Shown: piece after piece, positions 5,801-11,444 of the stretch | Position numbering within the stretch: the stretch's first letter is position 1 | Layout of the letters: every line of letters begins with the position of its first letter | NCBI GenBank assembly: GCA_905250045.1 | Contig: CAJNOG010000006.1 | Location: forward strand, 463,242-475,039 | Reading direction: 5' to 3' | From: Adineta steineri | Lineage: Eukaryota | Length of the DNA stretch: 11,798 nt | Notes under the pieces: generated by a model | What the model saw: the letters and a program-made list of their open reading frames with translations, nothing else | Database searches by the model: none | Told to the model about the DNA's origin: nothing | Translations under genes and position numbers: made by a program

Positions 5801-8321
5801 TTTAAAAGAAGATGAAGTTCATTTTACAGAATTACAAGCATTTGATACGAATCAAATCAATGCAGGACCATTAGCTCGTTTTCCAATAACAATTATAAAA
5901 CCAATTAGGTAAAACTATTTCAACAAATTCATTACTGAAATATTTATTTTATTTTGTATTTTCAAGTGTAAATTCTCAAACAAATTCTCTTGAATTTAAT
6001 TCTCAAACATTTAAACCTAGTCAAATACGTCGACATTTTCTTCAAGTTCCCACTGGCTCAAATATTGCTGGTTTGTCTTCTATTTATTTGAAAAATATTT
6101 TTCTATTTCCTATTTAATAGTATTTAAAATAACAAATCATTCTTCTGATATCTCTTCTCTAATGAATTTACATTTTATTCAACTTGAATCAGGTCGTTCA
6201 TTTCGTACAAATGAATTTGAAAAAATAATTCGTTTATCACCGAATGCAATATTTCAATGTTATTTTAATGTTCAAGATAAACGAACATTAGAATTATGTT
6301 TAGCACGATGGTGGTCAAGTTTATCTATTATGGATACAAGTTATTCAATTAAATTTCATTCAATACTTATTTCACCTTCAATTTCATTACATTTACGTAG
6401 TAGTCAATCATATGAACGATTTGTTTTAGAAAATCGTTTAATAAATACATATGAAAATATCAATGGTTTACCTACTATTAATTGGAAATTTCTTGTACAA
6501 ACATTAAGACCAAATAAAGATGAAAGTAAAATACAAATTTTATCGAAACGAGATTGTTTAACTGATCAAAGACAAATTTATCAACTTTTATTAGTTTTTA
6601 ATTTTACATTAGTAAGAATTTCATTTGAATTATTTTTAAATGAAAATGTTTTTTTTCTCTTTTAGTTAAAAGCTTCAGAAATTCAAATAAAATGTCCATA
6701 TTTACATGAATTACTTTATGATAATGAATATGAAGGTGCTTTATGGATGTGTTTTGATACAAATAAACAATATTTAGGTTCAGGTGATGTGATGAAAGAT
6801 GTAAGCAGAAGAATTTTATGTCAATTTTATTTTAATCTGTTATTATTTAGTATTCATTAAAATTAGAAAAAGGTGATTTTATCATTCGAATGAATATTCG
6901 ACATGATAAATATGATTTATTAGAACGTTTATTAAAAGATAATGGTGGAACTGGTTTATCTTTACATATTGAACATAAAGTTAGTGGATTACCCGCACCA
7001 GATTTTTATTATTCATTAGATGGTTTACATACACAAAAGAAAAAAATTCAAGCTTCAACTATTAAATTACAATGGGGACAACCATTACCTATTTTTATGA
7101 CAACTGTACCAGAAGACAAGTATGTTCAATTTTATTTTATTGAAAAATTACATTTTATTTGTTTTCAGACTTCCAAAAGTAATTAGTTCAATAGCAGGAA
7201 CATTTCTACGAGGCACAATGACATTTCCTAAAAACGAAAAAATGAAAAAATTGGTTTGAATTGTTTGATTTTTTAGTTAAAAAATAAACGAAAATATTTT
7301 TTTTCGTAGGAAATGAATACAATTTATCAATATTTTACTGAACCTAGTTCAACATCATCAAGTTCTTCAAAGAAATCTTCATCAACTAGTGTTACTGGTA
7401 GTAGTAAAAAACAAGTAAGTTCACCTGTGATAACAACAACAACTGAAGAAGGAACAACAAATAATTCATCACAAAAAGATCAACAATATCAAGAAGCATT
7501 GAGAGATTTAAAAATTTCTTGGATACCAAAGTAATTCAATTAGTTTTTTTTCCATTATATTTCTTTATATTTAAATATAGATTAACTGATGATCAAGGCA
7601 AATTATATGAAGAATTGATAAGTGAACAACAAGATTTAAATAATCATGTTCCATTACATCTTGCTCGTCTTCAACAACTTGAAAATCAATTAAAACAATT
7701 AACAAATGAGAAAAAAGATGAAAAAATAAATGAAATTATTAAATTTATTCAAGATAAACTTTTAACTTTATTTGATGAAGATTTAATTTTAAAATTTTTT
7801 GGTCAAAAAAATTCATCATCAACTGATAAAGAAAATCAACTCATTAAAACGTATGAACCAATAAGAAATTATAAATAGAAGAATTAATTTTCGTTTTAGT
7901 GATATGGAAAAACGTCGAAATTGGTTTATTGATATTTATATCTCATTAGGAATGTTATTATGTGATTTATCAAACATAAATGATGAAACATCAACATATT
8001 TATTAAATATTTTTAAAATTTTACAAAAACATATCGATATTAATGATGGAAAATTATCGAATCTTCATTATAAATATAATTTAATGAAAAAATCTTATGG
8101 TCGGGTTTGGAAAATACTTTTAAAACAAATTGAAGAAAAATCTTCATCACAACAACAAGAATATGATAATAAATTACTTCAAGTAAATTCAATTTATTTG
8201 ATTATTTTACATTTATTCTATTTTTTCTTAGCTTTATCAAGCAATGAATATGAAATATTTAATTGCCTATCAAGAACGTTTAATTATTGCTAAATATCCT
8301 TCAACTTATCTTCTATTTTAG
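2667..8321 (+). CDS. TPP2: Tripeptidyl-peptidase II (subtilase family S8) homologue (gene span; 23 coding exons, 1307 aa)
   Basis: The 23 exons listed below total 3924 nt = 1307 codons + TAG. Subtilase motifs occur in the correct order: AILDTGID (Asp, GAT 2802-2804), SHGTHVGA (His, CAT 4414-4416), SSAGNNGP (oxyanion Asn), [13 protein letters not shown] (Ser, TCA 5201-5203). The long Asp-to-His insert typical of TPP2 is present. The rest is colinear with human TPP2 as I recall it ([10 protein letters not shown]~[20 protein letters not shown]~[20 protein letters not shown]~[11 protein letters not shown]-terminus KYPSTYLLF~MYPPDYCVF). All 22 introns are GT..AG: 21 are 47-65 bp and one is 611 bp. 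Confidence 0.93.
2894..3040 (+). CDS. TPP2: TPP2 coding exon 2 of 23
   Basis: Acceptor TTCTTTTAG ends at 2893; encodes [49 protein letters not shown]; donor GTAATA at 3041. Confidence 0.88.
3095..3190 (+). CDS. TPP2: TPP2 coding exon 3 of 23
   Basis: Acceptor ..GATTTAAAG ends at 3094; encodes [32 protein letters not shown] (human IPASWTNPSGKYHIGIK); donor GTAAAG at 3191. Confidence 0.87.
3246..3350 (+). CDS. TPP2: TPP2 coding exon 4 of 23
   Basis: Acceptor TTTTTTTAG ends at 3245; encodes [35 protein letters not shown]; donor GTATTA at 3351. Confidence 0.87.
3400..3524 (+). CDS. TPP2: TPP2 coding exon 5 of 23
   Basis: Acceptor TCTTTTTAG ends at 3399; encodes [41 protein letters not shown] plus 2 nt. 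The donor GTTCGT at 3525 is weak, but it is the only junction that gives W-I-ACID (human W-R-ACID). Confidence 0.8.
3577..3674 (+). CDS. TPP2: TPP2 coding exon 6 of 23
   Basis: Acceptor TTCATTCTAG ends at 3576; encodes (I)[32 protein letters not shown] plus 1 nt; donor GTTAGA at 3675. Confidence 0.8.
3732..3797 (+). CDS. TPP2: TPP2 coding exon 7 of 23
   Basis: Acceptor TTTATTTAG ends at 3731; encodes (D)[21 protein letters not shown] plus 1 nt; donor GTTAGT at 3798. Confidence 0.85.
3798..4408 (+). other. TPP2 intron 7, a 611-bp size outlier
   Basis: Donor GTTAGT at 3798 and acceptor TGTATATAG ending at 4408 split a GGT codon. The join gives ..[14 protein letters not shown].., contiguous with human ..SIVTSGGAHGTHVA.., so no exon is missing. 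No ORF of 60 aa or more lies wholly inside it. Confidence 0.88.
4409..4563 (+). CDS. TPP2: TPP2 coding exon 8 of 23
   Basis: Acceptor TGTATATAG ends at 4408; encodes (G)[51 protein letters not shown] (catalytic His); donor GTATGT at 4564. Confidence 0.88.
4617..4693 (+). CDS. TPP2: TPP2 coding exon 9 of 23
   Basis: Acceptor TTTAATTAG ends at 4616; encodes [25 protein letters not shown] plus 2 nt; donor GTAAGA at 4694. Confidence 0.87.
4749..4876 (+). CDS. TPP2: TPP2 coding exon 10 of 23
   Basis: Acceptor TATTACAG ends at 4748; encodes (G)[42 protein letters not shown] plus 1 nt; donor GTAGAT at 4877. Confidence 0.85.
4942..5098 (+). CDS. TPP2: TPP2 coding exon 11 of 23
   Basis: The acceptor ..CAACTGAAG (ends at 4941) has a weak tract, but the junction gives LIG/VGAYV exactly as in human VIGVGAYV. 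Encodes [51 protein letters not shown] plus 2 nt; donor GTTTGA at 5099. Confidence 0.82.
5155..5234 (+). CDS. TPP2: TPP2 coding exon 12 of 23
   Basis: Acceptor TTTCCATTAG ends at 5154; encodes (S)[26 protein letters not shown] plus 1 nt (catalytic Ser); donor GTAAAA at 5235. Confidence 0.88.
5282..5608 (+). CDS. TPP2: TPP2 coding exon 13 of 23
   Basis: Acceptor TTTGTTTAG ends at 5281; encodes (A)[51 protein letters not shown]...[13 protein letters not shown]...NQLVTYD plus 1 nt; donor GTAATA at 5609. Confidence 0.86.
5665..5908 (+). CDS. TPP2: TPP2 coding exon 14 of 23
   Basis: Acceptor TTAATTTAG ends at 5664; encodes (D)[80 protein letters not shown] plus 2 nt; donor GTAAAA at 5909. Confidence 0.86.
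5967..6070 (+). CDS. TPP2: TPP2 coding exon 15 of 23
   Basis: Acceptor TATTTTCAAG ends at 5966; encodes (S)[34 protein letters not shown] plus 1 nt (human FKPGQIRRHFIEVPEGA); donor GTTTGT at 6071. Confidence 0.86.
6121..6611 (+). CDS. TPP2: TPP2 coding exon 16 of 23
   Basis: Acceptor TATTTAATAG ends at 6120; encodes (V)[32 protein letters not shown]...[25 protein letters not shown]...[16 protein letters not shown]...[13 protein letters not shown]; donor GTAAGA at 6612. Confidence 0.88.
6666..6800 (+). CDS. TPP2: TPP2 coding exon 17 of 23
   Basis: Acceptor TCTCTTTTAG ends at 6665; encodes [45 protein letters not shown]; donor GTAAGC at 6801. Confidence 0.87.
6851..7119 (+). CDS. TPP2: TPP2 coding exon 18 of 23
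   Basis: Acceptor TATTATTTAG ends at 6850; encodes [89 protein letters not shown] plus 2 nt; donor GTATGT at 7120. Confidence 0.87.
7169..7253 (+). CDS. TPP2: TPP2 coding exon 19 of 23
   Basis: Acceptor TTGTTTTCAG ends at 7168; encodes (K)[28 protein letters not shown]; donor GTTTGA at 7254. Confidence 0.83.
7310..7530 (+). CDS. TPP2: TPP2 coding exon 20 of 23
   Basis: Acceptor TTTTTTCGTAG ends at 7309; encodes [73 protein letters not shown] plus 2 nt; donor GTAATT at 7531. The frame stays open through the Ser/Thr-rich stretch. Confidence 0.82.
7581..7850 (+). CDS. TPP2: TPP2 coding exon 21 of 23
   Basis: Acceptor TTAAATATAG ends at 7580; encodes (K)[89 protein letters not shown] plus 2 nt; donor GTATGA at 7851. 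Confidence 0.85.
7900..8182 (+). CDS. TPP2: TPP2 coding exon 22 of 23
   Basis: Acceptor TCGTTTTAG ends at 7899; encodes (T)[94 protein letters not shown]; donor GTAAAT at 8183. Confidence 0.85.
8232..8321 (+). CDS. TPP2: TPP2 coding exon 23 of 23
   Basis: Acceptor TTTTTTCTTAG ends at 8231; encodes [29 protein letters not shown]; TAG at 8319-8321. Confidence 0.85.
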   Translation, partial: LYQAMNMKYLIAYQERLIIAKYPSTYLLF

Positions 8322-8383
8322 TTTGTTTTTCTTTTTTTCACGAAATTTTCGTTTAATAACCAAAACAACAACAAAAAAAACTA

Positions 8384-8411
8384 AAGGATGATACATCCTT
8401 GTCTTTTTTTT
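8384..8411 (+). promoter_or_regulatory. Hairpin plus U-tract in the TPP2-CDK5RAP3 gap (candidate intercistronic 'Ur'-like element or 3'-end element)
   Basis: AAGGATG (8384-8390) pairs perfectly with CATCCTT (8394-8400) across a 3-nt ATA loop, followed by GTC and 8 consecutive T (8404-8411). It lies 62 nt after the TPP2 stop and about 64 nt before the acceptor at 8464. The structure is directly visible; its function is inferred. Confidence 0.4.
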
Positions 8412-8445
8412 CAATTATAAATTTAAAAAGAAACAATTCATTCGC

Positions 8446-8464
8446 TTTTTTTTTAAATTTTCAG
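8446..8464 (+). promoter_or_regulatory. Strong 3' splice acceptor with no visible cis donor, 10 nt upstream of the CDK5RAP3 ATG (candidate trans-splice site)
   Basis: TTTTTTTTTAAATTTTCAG, with AG at 8463-8464, then ATCTAATATA, then ATG 8475. The protein aligns from its N-terminus, so no upstream coding exon is expected. Confidence 0.4.
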
Positions 8465-8474
8465 ATCTAATATA

Positions 8475-8523
8475 ATGACTATTGACGATAGTACGATTGA
8501 TATTCATCTTACCAAACTTGTTG
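8475..8523 (+). CDS. CDK5RAP3: CDK5RAP3 coding exon 1 of 11
   Basis: ATG 8475-8477; encodes MTIDDSTIDIHLTKLV plus 1 nt; donor GTTAGT at 8524. Confidence 0.85.
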
Positions 8524-10603
8524 GTTAGTCAATCAATCTTCTTCTTTTAAATTTAATAATAAATTGATTTGTTTAATAGATTGGTTAGTTGATCGTCGTC
8601 ATTGTTCAAAAGATTGGAATGAACGATCAGTGGCAATTCGAGCGAAAGTTCAACAAGCTATTCTAGATATGCCTGAACATGATGAAATAAAAAGATTACT
8701 TGGTTCTTCTTGTATGAAAAAATTTATCTTTTGTTTTTGAATAAATTATTTTTTATTGAATAGATTTGGATTATTTTTGTTGTTTGAAAATTGTTGATAT
8801 ATTAAAAGAAACAGAAAAAGAAAGTAAAAATATGTTTGGCATGTATTCATCACAACGAATGAAAGTAATTTAATAGATCATTCTTTTTTTATATCTAAAT
8901 ATAATATTTAGGATTGGAGAACAATTATTTCTAATTATGAAAAAAATTCTATTTATCTCGGTATGTCTTTTTCTTTTCCAATGTTAAAAAAAACGATAAT
9001 ATATATTCACAGTTGAATCCGGTCAAATTCTTCAACGAAATGTTGCTTTTGAAATACCCGCATTAAAAAAGCATATTGGTAAATGTCAACAAATTCGAGA
9101 CGAATGTCATACACGACATGCAGAATTAGATAAAACTATTCATGAAATCGAAAAACAATATGCACAATTATGCACCGATATGTCAATTAAAGTTTGTTTA
9201 TTATTTTATTTAATTGTTTCGCGTAATCTTAAATTTCATAATCTAGGGTGATAATGTTCAACGAGAATTAATTGAACGTATTGAATATTTACCAAATATA
9301 TGTACAGAATTAGCAAATGGAGATAAAAATTCGATTCCATCATTAAAATCAGCTGTAGAATTTTATTTAGAATTTATGAAACATTTTCATTCATCTTTAA
9401 AATCGAATGATGAAGAATTTTTACCAATTATTAAATATTTAATTGATAATGGAAATACAACTGTTTATCAATGGAGAACGAATGGTCATGTACCTGTTAG
9501 TATTGAACGACCACCATTAAATTATAAATTTGCAGAAGCAGCTGAAATTGATGAAACAGAACCAAATATTATTCTGGGATTTGATGATGATTTAACAACA
9601 TCAACTGAAGGAATTGAAATTAAACAAGCAGCAAATCAAGCAGATGTTATTGATTTTGATATTGTATACAAATTTACATCTATCTATAGTCTTTTATTTA
9701 TCTATTTATTTATTTAGGAAACAGAAATTGATTGGTCTGGAATTGATACAGTACCTGAATTACTTGACCCAGCTCTTTCGTCTAATGGTACTCATCCGAA
9801 TTCTATTCCTGAGGCTCTTCGAGAAGCTGCTCTCAATGGATCAACTCATCCAAGTATTTTATTTAAATATCCTAGTTTTTTATCTTTCTCTATGTAATAG
9901 TTGATGATGGTATTGCACGTGGTAATGATGCATTAACATTATTGGAAAATCGTGCAACATATACAACATTTATTCAAGAACTTCATCGAGTTAGTTTAAA
10001 ATATTTAAATTAATTCATTTCTTTCTTTCATTCTTTTAGCTTCAATCATTTTTAAAACAACGTCTCAATGAATATCATGTCAATGAAACTATTCTTATGA
10101 CATTTATTATGCAAAATGCACCATCATCAATACAAAAAATCAATGAAAATGGTAATAGTAATAGATTTGAAAAGATAGTTATTTTATAAATTAATATTTA
10201 AGATTTAAAAACATTTTTGAAAAATGTTGATTCAATATTTACATCGATTGCTCATCGACAATTAGATCGATTATTTTCAATGCGTGATTCATATAAATTT
10301 GTTGATCGTCTTATAAATTGTTTTCAACAAAAGAAAATTGCTATTGAACGAAATCGTTTACAACAAAAAGAATTAGAAGAAAAAGCAACAAATTCATCAA
10401 AAGAAGAACAACAATTGAAAGAAAAATTAAATATATTAATTTCATATACAAAACAATTAAAAGAACAGGTAAAATATAGTTTTTTGTTTTTCGTAATTGA
10501 TCAAACAAATTCTATAAAATTGTTTTAGGTTGCAAAAGAAATTTCAGTGAAAAAATGTCAAAATCGACGTATCAATATCATGGGTGAAATCAATACATTA
10601 TAA
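8475..10603 (+). CDS. CDK5RAP3: CDK5 regulatory subunit-associated protein 3 (CDK5RAP3/LZAP/C53, UFMylation adaptor) homologue (gene span; 11 coding exons, 534 aa)
   Basis: The 11 exons listed below total 1605 nt = 534 codons + TAA. Matches to human CDK5RAP3 from memory: IDIHLTKLVDWLVDRRHCSKDW~IDIQTSKLLDWLVDRRHCSLKW; MYSSQRMKDW~RYSSQRMKDW; NTTVYQWRTNG~NSTVYEWRTG; IARGNDALTLLEN~VARGPDALTLLEY; C-terminus NRRINIMGEINTL~GRPVNLMGTSL. The 10 introns are GT..AG, 47-60 bp. Confidence 0.92.
8580..8711 (+). CDS. CDK5RAP3: CDK5RAP3 coding exon 2 of 11
   Basis: Acceptor GTTTAATAG ends at 8579; encodes (D)WLVDRRHCSKDWNERSVAIRAKVQQAILDMPEHDEIKRLLGSS plus 1 nt; donor GTATGA at 8712. Confidence 0.87.
8764..8864 (+). 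CDS. CDK5RAP3: CDK5RAP3 coding exon 3 of 11
   Basis: Acceptor TTATTGAATAG ends at 8763; encodes (Y)LDYFCCLKIVDILKETEKESKNMFGMYSSQRMK; donor GTAATT at 8865. Confidence 0.86.
8912..8960 (+). CDS. CDK5RAP3: CDK5RAP3 coding exon 4 of 11
   Basis: Acceptor AATATTTAG ends at 8911; encodes DWRTIISNYEKNSIYL plus 1 nt; donor GTATGT at 8961. Confidence 0.85.
9013..9191 (+). CDS. CDK5RAP3: CDK5RAP3 coding exon 5 of 11
   Basis: Acceptor ATATTCACAG ends at 9012; encodes (V)ESGQILQRNVAFEIPALKKHIGKCQQIRDECHTRHAELDKTIHEIEKQYAQLCTDMSIK; donor GTTTGT at 9192. Confidence 0.86.
9247..9663 (+). CDS. CDK5RAP3: CDK5RAP3 coding exon 6 of 11
   Basis: Acceptor CATAATCTAG ends at 9246; encodes GDNVQRELIERIEYLPNICTELANGDKNSIPSLKSAVEFYLEFMKHFHSSLKSNDEEFLPIIKYLIDNGNTTVYQWRTNGHVPVSIERPPLNYKF...ADVIDFDI; donor GTATAC at 9664. 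Confidence 0.86.
9718..9853 (+). CDS. CDK5RAP3: CDK5RAP3 coding exon 7 of 11
   Basis: Acceptor TTATTTAG ends at 9717; encodes ETEIDWSGIDTVPELLDPALSSNGTHPNSIPEALREAALNGSTHP plus 1 nt (IDW motif as in the human acidic IDWG repeats); donor GTATTT at 9854. Confidence 0.83.
9901..9989 (+). CDS. CDK5RAP3: CDK5RAP3 coding exon 8 of 11
   Basis: Acceptor TATGTAATAG ends at 9900; encodes (I)DDGIARGNDALTLLENRATYTTFIQELHR; donor GTTAGT at 9990. Confidence 0.86.
10040..10151 (+). CDS. CDK5RAP3: CDK5RAP3 coding exon 9 of 11
   Basis: Acceptor TTCTTTTAG ends at 10039; encodes LQSFLKQRLNEYHVNETILMTFIMQNAPSSIQKINEN plus 1 nt; donor GTAATA at 10152. Confidence 0.85.
10203..10468 (+). CDS. CDK5RAP3: CDK5RAP3 coding exon 10 of 11
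   Basis: Acceptor AATATTTAAG ends at 10202; encodes (D)LKTFLKNVDSIFTSIAHRQLDRLFSMRDSYKFVDRLINCFQQKKIAIERNRLQQKELEEKATNSSKEEQQLKEKLNILISYTKQLKEQ; donor GTAAAA at 10469. Confidence 0.86.
10529..10603 (+). CDS. CDK5RAP3: CDK5RAP3 coding exon 11 of 11
   Basis: Acceptor TTGTTTTAG ends at 10528; encodes VAKEISVKKCQNRRINIMGEINTL; TAA at 10601-10603. Confidence 0.86.
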   Translation, partial: VAKEISVKKCQNRRINIMGEINTL

Positions 10604-10682
10604 GAGAGTTTTATTTTTTGTTTCTTTTAAAAAGTGTGCAATGTTTGTTTGAGGAAGATGGTTTTATCATTTTACATCGATA

Positions 10683-10688
10683 AATAAA
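10683..10688 (+). terminator. Putative CDK5RAP3 polyadenylation signal (AATAAA)
   Basis: Canonical AATAAA lies 80 nt downstream of the TAA at 10601-10603, on the same strand and upstream of the GC-rich island. Confidence 0.5.
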
Positions 10689-10718
10689 GCAAATCAAAGG
10701 AATTTTTATTATTTATCT

Positions 10719-10980
10719 CGGGTGTAGATTTGAGTGTGGATGTGAACGTAGATGGGTGCGAGTGTGGGTATTGCATTACGTATAACCAACATCCACATCG
10801 ACACTCTCATACACCAACCCACACCCTCAAGATAGTAATATTGTACTTATACCAGACTGGTGGGATGACTGGATATGCCAAAAGGATTCTCTCCCTAATA
10901 GAGGGTGTGGGCGCAGATGGGTGCGAATGAGTCTGATTAACTTAATATATACACCCTCACCCACACCCATTCTGTCACCT
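10719..10980. repeat. GC-rich island of inverted GT-rich / CA-rich motif blocks (GAGKGTGTGGG and its complement)
   Basis: G/T-rich blocks at 10719-10770 and 10899-10932 alternate with C/A-rich blocks at 10786-10828 and 10949-10979. There is a perfect 11-bp inverted repeat: CCCACACCCTC (10818-10828) / GAGGGTGTGGG (10901-10911). A 12/13 inverted pair is GAGTGTGGATGTG (10732-10744) / CACATCGACACTC (10794-10806). A 17/20 direct repeat is CGTAGATGGGTGCGAGTGTG (10747-10766) / CGCAGATGGGTGCGAATGAG (10912-10931). It is visibly GC-richer than all flanking non-coding DNA. Confidence 0.6.
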
Positions 10981-11444
10981 TTTGAGAATCAGATGCTGAA
11001 TAATAAAAAAACATTAGGATAGTTTCATATTACAGCTAATTTCATACTGACTTGACAAAACTTTTTCTAAATACTATTTTTAAATTTAACATTCATGATG
11101 AAGATTCAATTAAGTGAGTATACATGTAAAAATAACTACAACTTCTTCGAATTGCCATGAAAAACATGCAGTAATTCATAATATTTATTTAAATTCTAGT
11201 TATCATTCGTAGTATGATTAAGTCAGAAATGAGTGAGTCTTATTATTGATATTGTGTAATTAATATTGACAATCAATTATGTGTATTACATTTGATTTTA
11301 TCTTTGCATGTTAGTACACAATTATATATTGAATAAGTAAAAAACGAGATTATTCATTCGATGGAATAAAAGAATAAATTGTTCTTAAAGTGCAACGATT
11401 AAGAAAAGAATAAAATTGACGTAAATAGCTTTTGAAAAGAATAA

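Noticed and set aside
9614-9904. + strand ORF 9614..9904 (MKLNKQQIKQMLLILILY...)
   Set aside because: It is out of frame with, and overlaps, CDK5RAP3 exons 6-7 and intron 6. The sequence is low-complexity Leu/Ile/Phe with no homology.
482-10603. Idea that CHMP4, TPP2 and CDK5RAP3 form a functional 'proteostasis' gene cluster
   Set aside because: All three are ubiquitous housekeeping genes, and three neighbours with loosely related roles is weak evidence. Only the TPP2-CDK5RAP3 pair has physical features (a 153-bp gap with processing signals) that justify a linkage hypothesis.
10730-10930. 66-aa ORF MSVDVNVDGCECGYC...HPHRHSHTPTHT
   Set aside because: It falls exactly on the GT-rich/CA-rich inverted-motif island. 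The Gly/Val/Cys and His/Thr/Pro runs are simple read-outs of GTG/TGG and CAC/ACC repeats, and its codon usage is opposite to all local genes.
10719-10980. Telomere-like or spliced-leader RNA gene interpretation of the GT-rich repeats
   Set aside because: There is no regular short-period tandem unit as telomeric repeats would have. There is no SL-like exon followed by a GT donor and Sm site (AATTTTGG) here or anywhere else in the window.
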